From: Felis catus
Lineage: Eukaryota
DNA: 64,000 bases
NCBI RefSeq assembly: GCF_018350175.1
Contig: NC_058382.1
Location: forward strand, 52,764,001-52,828,000
Reading direction: 5' to 3'
Part shown: positions 37,831-50,061 of the stretch, piece after piece
Position numbering within the stretch: the first letter of the stretch is position 1
Layout of the letters: every line of letters starts with the position of its first letter
Notes under the pieces: model-generated
The model's database searches: none
Seen by the model: only the letters and a program-made list of their open reading frames with translations
Told to the model about the DNA's origin: nothing
Program-made: the position numbers and the translations under genes

Positions 37831-39939
37831 CCCGGGTGTGCGGGGCCCCAAACAGGGACGGGGACAGGACCTTGCACCGCGCGCCTTGGCAGGCCTCTCG
37901 TGAGCCTGTGGCTGTCGCTTCGTTTTGTCACTGGCGTCTTTGTGAAGCTGCCACTGGGGGGGAGGGGGGCCGGGGGGGGGAGGGAAACACACAGGGGCTC
38001 AAGCAATCTGCCTCGTGCTAATATTTATATAACACGCTCACCAGCTTCCGTCGCCTGAGTCCAGGGGTGGGGGTGGGGGGATGCTTTTCCAGGAGCGGGG
38101 TTGGCGGGGAGGGGGGGGGGGGGGGCTGATGGCCTAAGACCCTGCCGGAAGGCGGTTCTCCAAGATGGAATCCGTGGGCCTCTCCTGTCCTTTTCATGTG
38201 TGTCGGGCGTGAGTGTTGTTCCTAGTGTATCCGACTGCTTCCCGTGCGGGAACAATGCCGAACTGTTCCCTGGGCTGGCGGACAGCTCAGTCCTGTCCCT
38301 GAGAACCCCAGATGCTCCCACGGTGGGGGGGGGGGGCACGCCTGACCCTTGTCCTAAATGTTCTTCCACTCTGCCCGGGATCTGAACACCTTTGGATTTG
38401 ATTCACTTATGAATCCTCCTTATGATCAGGAAACGTTTCCTATCGACCTGGAGGGAAATTAATCAAAACCCCTCTCAGACAAACTGCGTTACTTGATTCT
38501 TTGCTCATAAACCCTTTGTTTGTTTGTTTTCTCCTCCCAGCGTCCTGAAGGATGTCATGGGAGTAGCGAGGCCATTTAAGAAAGAATTGTAAAAAATGTA
38601 CCTCAGGAAATAGCCATTTGAGTATGAGGAGGTACCTGATACGGAAAAGGACATCATGTGTTTAAAAAAAAAAAAAAGAAAGAAAAAGAAAGGAGCTAGT
38701 CCGACACTTTTGATACAAAGGTTATTTTTATAATACTTGCATTTTTATCGGTTGACATATTTTAACAGGGAGCCCTGACTGAAGTCACAAAAATTATGAC
38801 TCTGGCACCCGAGCTCCTTATCTGACAAATGCAAGGCGAACGGTCTTGTTCTTATCAGTGAGATCAGATTTCAAAAATGAACACAAGACCGAGACGTTGC
38901 TTTGTGCACAGATAACCTTGCAGGCGCGAACTCCCAAACCAGAATAAAAGAATCCGCTATGAAATAATGGGCCAGGAAGCCCCATCGCGTCACACTGTAA
39001 TAGACAGTGGGGGGGGGGGGGTGGAATCAAAAGGGGGAAAAACTCATTTCATCTCAGTTAATGGCAGGGAAACAAGGCAGAGAAGGACTTTCCGCGTAGC
39101 GGAGCTGGTGTGACAAACACCAGGGCTTCGCCGTGTCACGCGCCATTTGACTTTGCACTCCGGCTTTTTTCAGGAGCTGTGAAGCCATTATTATAATGTG
39201 AAAAAGGTGGAAAGAAATACTCCCTTCTGGACACCGGAAGGGCAAATGAGGTGCAAGCCTTTCTTCTTCTTTTTCTTCTTTTTCTCTTCTTTTCTTCTTC
39301 TTCTTTTTTTTAAACTCTCAGTGTCTTCTTTGCGTTGATGCACAGTGTGCTCAGACAGGGTAAGAGTCCCCCTGGTAAAAAGGCTGGAGAGTTGCCAAGG
39401 CGTTCACTGTGCCCTTAGATAAACAGGGTGTTTTGGCTCTGCTCACCTCCTTTTGTGACTTCGCTGGCTGGAAAGTAGCACACGTATGTTCTGACCTCAG
39501 CTCCTCTCTGCGCGCGTTATTTTCCAATAAGAGATTTCAAAGCCCGAGTCCCATCCTTGCTCTAAGTTCTTGGCAGGAAAGAGGGACAGAGGTATCCAGG
39601 AGCACGGTGGCCAGCCTGGGTCCTGTCTGTAAGCCGCCACCGAGAAGGGCACGTGTGGGCTGCTTTCCTTGGGGCGGGGCACAGAATGGGGAGACGGAAA
39701 GAGAGCCTTCCTTTTTCAGTCCTCGGCCGTGGGCAAGCCAAGTTCTTCTGTAAAGTACGGAACCCGAGGTGGGACTTGGAGGCTGCTGGAAATGAGCATT
39801 TTTCTAACCGAACGATAAATACGGCCGCTACCCTCTCAGAAGAGGAGGGCGAGAGGGAGAGAAAGAAAGCAGAGAAAAAAAGATAAAAGCTCCAAACTGG
39901 CTCGTTCGTACGTGGTTATCCGGGACAGCGAGATGACCT

Positions 39940-40240
39940 AGACAGCCAGCCTTTGATTCTCAGGACCGCTAAAGTGTAAAGAACAGCAGTGACATTCTGG
40001 TCTGCAATAAATCACTATAAAAATGTTTATGAACCCTGCAATTTGCTGTCTTTTAAATGCAAATGGAAAGGGGCACCATTGCAAGTGTAAAGGAGACCGG
40101 GGTGGCCTGCAGGAATTATAAAATGTCGCCGTAGGTTTTGGAGATGGTGTGATCTCAAATGGGACCATTTTCGAATGATTTTGCATTTCTACCTCTGTGA
40201 CAGTTGGGTTAATTTATCAACGAGATGGCCGTGAACCACG
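39940..40240. promoter_or_regulatory. Candidate conserved non-coding element
   Basis: CCTTTGAT 39950-39957, CAATAAATCA 40005-40014, octamer ATGCAAAT 40057-40064, TGACAG 40198-40203. Confidence 0.35.
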
Positions 40241-41545
40241 GGGAGGTGGAGGTTGGCATCGCCCTTAAACAGTGGCTTTGAATGAATGGCATTTTCATTT
40301 CACTGAAGGAAGAGGGAAACCAGTGATTCAGAATCCAGATCCTGAAAGTTGTCAGGACAAAACGAATTTAGAACGTGGACCCTTCAGTGAAAGTCGGCTC
40401 AGGCATAGGGTTTTTTTGTTTGTTTGTTTGTTTGTTTGTTTGTTTATGAAACTCTCATCATTTTTACGTAAAATCTCTCTTTGGAAATTTGAAGACTCAT
40501 GGCTAGATGAAGTAACCCCGAGAAGGGCAGAATTTAGCCATCCTACACAGCACAAGAGACCCTCCCCGCCAGCTTCCCAGCTGAGTGCTCCCTGAAAGGA
40601 AGATCTTGCCATTGGGTTTGGTCACCCTGAGGGTATCTTTTCCACCTTCATAGAGACCGGGAGGCGAAGACTGGAGTAGGAAGTACGACAGGAGTTTTAT
40701 CCCAAGGCCGGGGTCACCTCTTCCCAGTCACGTTACCTTGGCTACATTGTTCTTTATGCTTGACCCCCCCCAACTTCCCCAGGGGTAAAACGTTTGGCTC
40801 TGGGTTCCCAGTAAGCTGGTGCACACGTACATCGCTTAGCACAGGGCCAGACCGATGGGCAGAGACCCGTAACAGCTTCGTGTTTGTTTGTTTGTTCCTT
40901 TTCCCTCTCTCCCCACCCCTTCCCATCCTCCCTCTCTAATGCAGAGGGAGAGGAGGAGACGAAGAGACGGTGATCCGTTTACAACCAGATGTGGGCTAGC
41001 ATTGAGGTGTGCCATTCATTCGTGGAGGTCCTCGGCTTGTGTCACAACCCCTGAAACGTGAATCTGGCGAATAGGGACAGGTACAGTGAAAGAAAGCAAA
41101 CAGCGCATGGAAACAGGTTGCCGCGCAATTCTCCCGACTGTTCCCTTCCCACTTCCCACCTGCCTCGTATGGAGCACGCCCAAAGCAGGCACTGTTTATA
41201 GAGCCGTTGCTTGCAAAACATTTCCCCCCGTCTCCAACATATGTGCCGGAAGTGCCGCAGAGCTGTGTCCCCGCTTATGCTCCCGCGAAAAGCATTTGCT
41301 TGTTTTCAAACACAAGTGTCTCACGCGGATCGGAGGGCGAGGAGCGGATCTGTTCGCCTTGGCGGCCCCTCGCTCAAATGTGCATCTCTGGCAAGACCTG
41401 TCTGCTGATCGCACCGCCACTGAGCGGGCTGGCTGTCAGATTCCGAAGGCATTATACCATCTGTTTTTCCTATCTTCTGCTCTCCCGTGTAGACATATGT
41501 TCGAGGGGGTTGTGTGTACGAGGGGGAGTGCTTTTTTCTAGGGGA

Positions 41546-41572
41546 AGAGGAGGAGGAGGAGGAGGAGGAGGG
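41546..41572. repeat. (GGA)n trinucleotide repeat
   Basis: Seen directly. Confidence 0.9.
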
Positions 41573-42594
41573 GGACACCTGTCCCTGCCTACTTCTCCAA
41601 GATCCCCAGACCAAACTGAAACAGAATTTTAAAGGTGTCCAAAGTGAGGGCTCCCGGTGAGAAATTCGACCAGGTGGGGTCATCTCCTGGAAAACATCCC
41701 CATAACAGCTTTGGAGACAATGTGCCTTTTGTGTTTGTAGTAACCGAGGAGATGCACGGCTTGGATTTGTTTTCCTTCTTAGCCTGGTCACGTTCCACAG
41801 AGTTTTTTTGTTTTTCGGTTTTGGCGGTGGTGGTTGTTGTTATTGTTTGTTTTGAACGTTTGCTATTACGTCTGTATATCCATGTGCACCTCGACCTCCC
41901 CATTCCAGACTTTTATTCTTTTTGTAACTTCCATACTCCTTCGTCTTTCTGGCTTTCACCTGAAGAGTAGCGTGTGTAGACCACGGAGCCGATAAAATTG
42001 ACTCTCGCCTTCCTGATCACACCAAGAAGCCTAGGGTATGGCAGATTTGTACTCATATTTATTTCTTCCTTTCCCTCCCGCCCCCTCCCCTCCCCTTCTC
42101 TGCCCTTCCCATTCCACCTATACCCCTTTCTTTTTATTATTCCCCTAGAAGGAAATATTCACGCTGGCTTGAGGGAGGATAGCACCGGTAAGGCCAACGA
42201 GCCATGGGATGGAGGCCGGAAGAGATTTTCTATGCACATTTCACGCTGCCTTCCTGGGAATTTCTGGATGTTTTGCAGCCTAGTGCTCAGCCTCCAAAAT
42301 TCTTTAAGAAAAATTGCACAATGTGAGTAAAATGGGGCCGTTTGTCTCTCGTGCTTGTGCCCCACGACGTGCTAGAACTCATGTCAGTCTGAGATGCTGG
42401 CCCCCCTCTGCCTTCTCTGTTAGTCTGCAAGCTCCTTGCGTGAAGGATCGTGGGTTTTTATGTTTTGTCCTTGGGCCCAGAGCAGAGCCCGCTGCCTGCA
42501 CAGAAAGTGCCCCACATGTGTGTGTGGAAGGACCTCGCAGAAGCCCGCGATTTTAAAGACTTTCCAAGGAGGGACTCAGCAAGGAACATAGAAA

Positions 42595-42830
42595 CGGAGG
42601 TGGTTAAGCACAGTGGTTAATTCTGGAGCCCTTCTGAGTTCAGATCTTGGCTTTACAGCATACGTTCTGGGTGCCAGAACGTAGTTAAGCCCCAGTTTCT
42701 TAGCATGTACAATGGCTGTAATAGTAACGCCTCCTTCCTCCAGAACTCGTGGGTTGGGTGAAGTGATTTAATGCGATAGGAAATTGTCCAGCGCCATGCT
42801 CAGCATAAACAAAGGGCTCTTTAACTGTGA
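42595..42830 (+). mobile_element. MIR SINE
   Basis: gcacagtggttaa..tctggagcc..gagttcagatcttggct..cccagtttctt..tgtacaatgg..taatagtaac. Confidence 0.65.
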
Positions 42831-43564
42831 TCAATAGAGAACATCCACCTTGAAATGTGGAAACGGGTCTTGCTTCCACTGAAGCGCCTTTTGAGAGCAC
42901 CGATCTGATCCTGACCTTAGGGCATGTCTCTGAAATTCTCTCATGTTAGCATCTCTGAAATCTGAGCACATCTCGAAGTCCCCGTTAGGCAGGCAGCGGC
43001 GATATGAGATTTGTCGCCGCCTTTGCATACGTAAACATGCACAGCGCCAGCGATGGAACTTGACTTGAAGGGCGGGTGTCGGTGGCTTTGATGCAAAAGC
43101 GCAGACATAACGCTGGATGGAGTACCTGCTTTCAAGGAACCGAAGGGCCATCGGGGTGGAGGGGCAGGTGGGTCTGGCTACATTCCAGAAGTGGGAAGCA
43201 CAGGCAGGTTTTTCTACTTTACGGAACTGAACGGCCCTCTCGAGAGCCCAGCACCGATGGCTTTTCCTCTTTTGCGGGGTTCTTCTAAGAAAGCTTGTGT
43301 CACTCGTGCTTTCAGTGGCACAGAAGGTGACAGTTCGTAGAGGAATACAGGCACCCAGTGATTCAGAGTTTAAACATTATTCAGCGAGAGCGGTACCTTT
43401 ACCTAATTATAGGAATGCCTTACCATGTGTTCCTCACTTCTGTTGTTATTGTAGACAGAAGAGTTAATCTATGACACAAATGGATGTCTGATGATGTCTG
43501 TAAGTTCTTGCACTAAGTATAAAATTTAAAAAGTCTAAGTGACAGGAAAGCCTTGTGCCGTCTC

Positions 43565-43759
43565 TTTTTTAACGTTTATTTTTGGGAGAGAGAGGGTGAG
43601 TGGGAGGGGGGCAGAGAGAGAGGGAGACAGAATCTGAAGCAGGCTCCAGGCTCCGAGCTGTCAGCACGGAGCCTGAGGCGGGGCTGGAACCCACAAACTG
43701 TGAGATCATGACCTGAGCCAAAGTCGGACACTTGACCGACTGAGCCAGCCAGGCACCCC
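43565..43759 (-). mobile_element. CanSINE (SINEC_Fc-like)
   Basis: Antisense body with acagaatctgaagcaggctccaggctccgagctgtcagc; degenerate TSD agccttgtgccgt / agcgttgtgccat. Confidence 0.95.
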
Positions 43760-44113
43760 AGCGTTGTGCCATATTTTGATTGGCAGCATTTTTTTTCCCT
43801 TCGTGGAAAATAAATAATGCCATCTATAATCTCAGATTCATTAAAAACAGTATCAAATCCCCCAACGGGAGTATTTAAAGAGTTTCTTCGTGCTTTTGGG
43901 GTAAGGGCCAGAATTCTTCCTATGACTGGGCAGGCTCTCCAGGGCATGGCCCCTGCTCACCTCCCCAGACCCTTTTGCACCAGCCTGTACCCCTGCACCC
44001 CGGTACTGAGTTTCTAAGCCGCGTCCACACTGGCACACCGTCCAAATCTCACCTCACGAGGTTCCGCCTCTGCCTGGAATATTCTTTTTCCTTCTCCCTC
44101 TATAGACCCCACC

Positions 44114-44858
44114 TGGGGTAGACAGGATAATGGCCCCGAAGTTGCCGACATCCAGATCCCCACAACCTGCGAATATATGAGGTCATGGGGCAAGTGGGGC
44201 ATTCGAGTTTCAAAATGGAATTAAAGCAGCCGGTCAGCGGAGCGTAAAATTGGGAGATTGCTCTGGATTATCCAGATCGGTCCAGGATAGTCACAGAGCT
44301 TCCTTAAATAGGGAAAAGGGAGGCAGCAGAGTCAGAAGCAGATAGCAGAGCACAGAAGACGTGGCCTGATGTTGCCATCTTTGAAGAGGGAGGAAGGGGA
44401 TGTGGACCAAGGGATGCCGACAGGCCCCGGAAGCTGGAAAACACAGGAAATGAATCCCCCCTGGAGCTTCCACAAGGGAACAGAACCCTGCTGACACCCA
44501 GGATTTTCACCCAGTGAGTTCCATTTTAGACTCACGACCTCCAGCACTATAGGAAAATAAATGTCTTTTTTTTTTAACATTTATTTATTTTTGAGAGAGA
44601 GAGACAGAGCGAGCACACATGGGGCGGGGGGGGGGGGAGGGGCAGGGAGAGAAGGAGGCATAGAATCCCAAGCAGGCTCCAGGCTCCGAGCTGTCAGCAC
44701 AGAGCCCAACGAGGGGCTCGAACTCATGAACCGTGAAATCACGATCTGAGCCAAAGTCAGACGCTTAACCGACTGAGCCACCCAGGTGCCCCTATGTGCG
44801 TCTTTTAAGCCACTAAGTTGGGGGCAATTTGTTCCAGCAGCCACAGGCAGCTGACAGA
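44114..44858 (+). mobile_element. MLT1D solo LTR split by a SINE
   Basis: tggggtagacaggataatggcccc start, gggagattgctctggattatcc, ctttgaagagggaggaagggg, gacctccagcactata, ttttaagccactaagtt..ttgttccagcagccacagg end. Confidence 0.9.
44565..44792 (-). mobile_element. CanSINE (SINEC_Fc-like) inside MLT1D
   Basis: Full antisense body ending gactgagccacccaggtgcccc. Confidence 0.95.
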
Positions 44859-45559
44859 CCCTCTGAAGGCCCCTTCCTCAGGGAGATCGTGTCCAGCCTC
44901 CCCCAGGGGCTCTCAGGGGACCTCACGTCTCTCCTCCCCTGCACCCACGCGGTTTGTCGTTACGCCCTTATTTGTGTGATTATTTCCTTAATGTCTGTCT
45001 CCGCCATCGGACTGTCTGCACCGCAAGGGCAGCCATAGTCTCTGCTTCACTGTGATATCCCCACAGCCCAGGGCCCACCACCGCCCCGGAGCCTAAGAGG
45101 AGCTCAGCATTTATAGAAGGAATGAATACACGAATGCATGCGTGTGTGCTGGAGTCCATGAACACGTTCACTGACGATTCCACCGGAGAAAGGAGGACAG
45201 GCCGCCACCAGCTGTAACGAAGCACAGACCCCACATCCGGGGCCAGCGACACAAGGGCACTTTCATTCGCTGCTGAACACGCTTCTGAATATGGAGCGAG
45301 GAAACCGTCCCAGACCCAGTCTTGTTGAGACACCGGCCGGCCCCTTTGCCTCCTCTCCCAAGACAAAAGCCTTTCCCCAACCCCCCCCCGGGCCCCCCAC
45401 AAATCGAACACACCGTCAGCTGCCCCCCTTTCTCCCCATCCCCCCCACCTCAGTCTCCACGGGGGAGTCAAGCTGAATATTTCTTTAAGGGATGCTGTGG
45501 AGTTTCTTCTGGTGGAGTGAAGGATTTGTAGCGAAACCCAGCATGTAACTTGAGTGTTC

Positions 45560-45790
45560 TGTGAAGCCAGATATCGGTGCCAAGCTAAATTTGTGTGTGC
45601 AGCTTCTGTTTAAGGCAATTATATAGTGTGTAATACCCAGTAGAGAAATTAAGTCGAAGTACATTTTGCCCATGGAGATTATCCTCTCAGTTGGATTTAT
45701 TTTAAACAAGTTTTGCCCCTTATACATTAAGGTGTGTGCCATAAATCACTTATGTAATAAACTACACTGTATTATGTGGGGGGAAAAAAA
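45560..45790. promoter_or_regulatory. Candidate enhancer with a PBX-HOX site
   Basis: CCATAAATCA (reverse complement TGATTTATGG) at 45739-45748 flanked by AGGTGTG and GTAATAAA; unique AT-rich sequence. Confidence 0.35.
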
Positions 45791-46259
45791 TGAGCCCCTG
45801 GTAGGGGGAGAGACTTCAGATAGAGCCAGACCTGAGGCAGGAAGGGAGGGAGGGGAGGGGTGGAGGGAGGGGGTGTTCTGCAGAGTCCGCAGGGGCGCAG
45901 CTCAGGACGCTGCTGTCGGGAGGCGCTTATGTAATAACTGCAGGGGTGTCGCTTTAGGAGAAGTCACACCGCACGTCTTTCTGGAGCAGGCTCCTGGCCT
46001 ATCTTAATTAGCAGCCATCCTCAGTGAGTCTGGAGGGAGCAAGAATGATGTCGGCTTTTATTAAGGATGAGAAAATGGGGAGAGGTGGCAACGATAAGGG
46101 ACCTGGGGTCACCACCCACCAGACTCTACGGATAATCTAGGAACTAGTACAAGACATCCAGTGACATTTGAATCTCGGAGGACATTGCCGGGCACCTTGG
46201 GTTTTGATTTGCTATCTCGAACAACTTTCATCAAAGCAGAACTCACGCTGATGCCGTCG

Positions 46260-46525
46260 CTGTAGCAGATCAATTACTCTGAGCTCCCACCCTCTGTGGG
46301 TCCCTTTGTTAAGGCCCTTCCCGTGATCTAGTTGATTCTTCACAAACAAACTAGGAGGGTGGCGCTGTGTTTATTCCCATTTCACAGAGGAGCAAACTGA
46401 GGTTTGCAAAGGTTCAACCACGCGCCGAGTATCTCTCCATCGATCAGGGCGAGATCGAGACTTCACACTGGGGCCCGTCGGGCTCCAAAACGTGTTCCCA
46501 CAATCACGAAGTTATACAGCCTCTT
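46260..46525 (-). mobile_element. MIR SINE
   Basis: tttattcccatttcacagaggagcaaactgaggttt core, ggctccaaa, tatacagcctct end. Confidence 0.75.
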
Positions 46526-47084
46526 CTAGACGCTGATTTGAGAAATAGCTTCACAATGAAACGCGCCAAGGGAGACTGCCTGTTGTCCTTAATGCAGAAG
46601 CACGTTAGAGCTCACCAATCTGTGCCGTTTAGGAAAGAAAAATGATATCGCTCGGAAAATCATTTAAAAACTTCCTGGCGCACACAGCTGGCTCACCACG
46701 GAGAGCATGCCATGGGGCCTCGAAGCGCACGTCAGCAGCAAGACTGTTCAGGCCCTGCTCTCTCCTGCCGAAGAACCTCCTTCCAGAACCCTCCTCTGCG
46801 GACAGCCACTCCAGTTTACACGTTCGGCATCCTCTAACTTTGAGAGCCCAGTAAAACCGAGCGCTTAGCGAGAATCGGACGTGGATAAGCTGCTGGTAAT
46901 TTATGATTTAATGCAGCATGGTGTCGAAGAAGGTGATTGCACCGAAAACCAATCACCCTCCATTGTCACAAGGAACGGGAGAAACAGGGACGTGGTCTGA
47001 CTTTTGCGGACAGTCCGCTCTGTACCGGGAACCTTCCATCCACGGTTTCGTTTCATCTTCCGATTATCCATGTGGAGCCTCTCT

Positions 47085-47610
47085 CAAGTATTTCCCTGTG
47101 GCTGAGAAACAAAGCCCCCCCCCCCCCAATTCACTGCCTTAGGACCGCCGTTCTATTAGCCATCGCGAGTCTCTGGCTCAGGACTTTGGATAAGTCTTGG
47201 CCGGCAGAATCTCCGGTTCCATGTGCCGCTCCCAGGGGTCATTTAGTGATGTTCAGGGGACGAGAGGGCCGGTCTTGGGGGTCTAAGATGATTTTCCTCC
47301 CACGTCCAGTGCCTGGCAGGACGGCAGGGAAGGATGTGTTCGGCTGGGCCCTAGCAAGGTGGGCTCAGTGTGGTTGGAGTTCTGGAAGGCGGCCGTCCCC
47401 CCAAACACAGCCTCAGTTGCATGGCTGCTCTGCCCTAGCCTCGGAGGTCACAGGGCATCGCTTCTGCTGTATGCCTTTGTGGGAAGCTGTCACCTCTGTG
47501 CTTCATGGGGGAACCAGCCCAAACCCACCAGATTCCAGGGCGGGGGGGACAGCCTCTGCTTCTTGATAAAAAGAGTAGTGATGAATCTGTAGCCAGATTC
47601 TAGAACTGTG
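47085..47610 (-). mobile_element. MaLR LTR, MLT1G/H-like
   Basis: ctggctcaggactttgg, gggtctaagatg, ctagcctcggaggtcacagggcatcgcttctgctgtat, cccaccagattccaggg, ctgcttcttgat. Confidence 0.7.
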
Positions 47611-47689
47611 ATGGGGCCTCTGCCCTTTGTTTTGTGGGGGGAGAAAAGTTCTCCTATAATCTCCCCATTGCTGGGTGCCCCCCACCCTC

Positions 47690-48080
47690 TAAGTCTCTTT
47701 CAGATGTTCCTATTTTAAATTTTTTTTTAACGTTTATTTATTTTTGAGACACAGAGAGACAGAGGATGAACAGGGGAGGGGCAGAGAGAGAGGGAGACAC
47801 AGAATCGGAAACGGGCTCCAGGCTCTGAGCAGTCAGCACAGAGCCCGACGCGGGGCTCGAACTCACGAACCGCGAGATCGTGACCTGAGCCGAAGTGGGA
47901 CGCTTAACCGACCGAGCCACCCAAGCGCCCCCAGACGTTCCTATTTTAAAGTCAGCTGATCAGCAACCGTAATTCCATCTGTGATCTTAATCTCCCTTTG
48001 CCTTGCGACCTAACACATCTGTAGATGCTGGGGATTCGGATGTAGACATCTTGGGGGGGGGCATCCTTCTGCCCCCCGTA
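47690..48080 (-). mobile_element. MLT1D-like LTR 5' fragment split by a SINE
   Basis: cctattttaaagtcagctgatcagcaaccgtaattccatctg..ccctttgcc..ggggattcggatgtagacatcttgggggg. Confidence 0.75.
47720..47931 (-). mobile_element. SINEC_Fc with about 18-bp TSD
   Basis: TSD agaYgttcctattttaaa at 47702-47719 and 47933-47950. Confidence 0.97.
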
Positions 48081-48199
48081 GACGTTCTCTTGACTCCTCC
48101 CAGAGCCCATCTATGCTGACTGTGCCCCATCCTCCACATGCCCTGGCTTCCCAGTCCCCTCTGAGTGTTTGCACATCACCCGCATCATCTTTATCGTCT

Positions 48200-48325
48200 C
48201 TGTCCCCACATCACACGGTTCCTAGAGACACAGACCCTGGTTTTGTTTTGCTCACCCGCCGTCGTGCGTGCGCAGGGCTACATCCAGCACATAGACGACT
48301 CTCCGCGCATAATCGTTGAATGAGT
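48200..48325 (+). mobile_element. L2 3' end fragment
   Basis: ggttcctagagacacagaccctggttttgttttgctcacc..cagcacatag..gttgaatgagt. Confidence 0.55.
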
Positions 48326-49479
48326 AGACATGCCCGGGGGCAGTACCAAACAGTGACGGGCACCCTGGATGCTGCCTCCTCCAAGGAGAATTCCTGGGAT
48401 AACAGTCTATTCATGTCTGTCAGGCAGGCTTGGATCTTTCTAATTTTCCACTGGCCCAGGAGTGTCGGAGCAGAGCCAAAAAGTACACGGGGGCAGGAAA
48501 GGCTGCGGTCAGAGGCAGACCCTGTTAGCCTTGGCCGCATCTGCCGGGGTCTACTGGTTTTCATTACAGCCCTAGTACAGCAGAAGATACCGTGTGACTG
48601 CGGGCACACTTCAGCAAGCCCATCCCTCCGGATCCCCCGCACCGTGCGTCCCTCTCAACTCTTAAATATCCTTTTGAAGCCCATATGTTCAGTCCACCCC
48701 AACTTCTGTTTATACTGGTGCAGAGCGAGGGGCTGCTCAGATTCTGGGAGTTGCACGGGAAGGTATTAAATGTGTTTTGAAAATACTTGAAAGTCCAGCT
48801 GTGTATGTTTTAGTATTATATTTAGCCTTAAATTAGAGACTCCGTACACCTCAAGTAATAAAAAGGCACAGCAGGGACTTGCGTTTCCCTTATGTTTGCT
48901 GGGGCCGTGCACCTAGGTGAGATTTTATTATTTGTAATCTTTTTTTTTTTTTTTTTTTCTTGGTCGGTTGTTTAATTCCGCAGCTTAATTCCGGCCTTTA
49001 TGCTTCTTGAGGTCCCCTCTTGCGTTGCAGAAAGTAGTCACTGTTGTTTTGCCTTCCACTCGAATTTAAGAAAAGCAAAGGGAGCAGGGAGGGGAGGAAG
49101 GAAGTACAAGTCGGGTACCAGACCCTGAGCTGGGTGCCCTGGCGTGGTGCACCCGCAACGCACCCTTTTGAAGAAGGAGAGTGGGGCCCAGCAAGACCGA
49201 GATGCTCCCTGACTTTCGCCGTGGTTCACTTTTTGCTTTGAGTGCCGTCTTGCTCTCTGCCTGTGGCCCTGACCTCGGGCTTCCTGATACCCCCTGCTCC
49301 CACCTGCAGCGGGGGGGGGGGGGGAGGGGGGTCCCCAAGAGCCTGTCCCAGGCTGAAGTCCAAGGCTGCTTGCTGAGCCTTGGAGGAGAAGGAACTCGTG
49401 ATTCCCCAGTGTCACTAAGTGCCCAAGCAGAAGGGCAAAGTCGCAGGAGCAATGTCGCCTGTAGCCCAGGATGAGGGTC

Positions 49480-49703
49480 CAGCCGATGAGTTTCCTTCGC
49501 CTGCCTTAAACTGCTACGAAGTATCTGGCTTAAGACAACTCACATTTACTGTCTCACAGTTTGGGAGGCTGGAAATGCCAAATCAAGGTGCTGCCGGCCG
49601 GGCCGTGTTCTCTCTGAAAATCCTGGGGGAGAATTCTTCCTAGATTCTGGCATTTCTCAGCAACCCTTGGCTTTTGTGGCCTGTAGGTACATCACTCCAA
49701 ATG
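49480..49703 (-). mobile_element. MLT1C-like LTR fragment
   Basis: tggcttaagacaac..atttactgtctcacagtttgggaggctggaa..aaatcaaggtg, ggagaattcttcct, catcactccaa. Confidence 0.8.
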
Positions 49704-50061
49704 TTTGCGAGGCCCTGGGTTAGCTTTCTATTGCTGCTGTAACAAATTAGCACAAGCTTAGGACCTCAAACAACCCAGATTTATCATCCTTCAGTTCCAC
49801 CTGGCAAAGGTCCGACAACACGAGTCTCGAGGCTGAGATCAAGGTGTGGTCAAGGCTGTGTTCCCGCTGGAGACCCTAGGGGAGAAGCTCTTCTCTGGCC
49901 TTTTCCACCTCCCAGAGATCTCCCACGAGACTCCGGGCCCCTTTCTTCCATCTTCAAGGTCAGGAACGTGGGGCTGAACTCTTTTCACAATGACATCTTT
50001 CTGGCTCTCTCTTCAAATTTCCTCTTCCCCCCCTTTTTTTTTTAATTTTTATCTTATTTTT

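Larger units (their letters stand above)
43830..45130 (+). mobile_element. L2 3' region split by an MLT1D LTR
   Basis: 5' part: ggctctccagggcatggcccctgctcacctc, cctctgcctggaatattctt; 3' part after 44859: cttatttgtgtgattattt, gtctctgcttcactg, gaaggaatgaat tail. Confidence 0.7.

Noticed and set aside
46937..47566. Longest ORF (209 aa)
   Set aside because: It has a non-ATG start, lies mostly within an antisense MLT1 LTR and has no recognisable domain.
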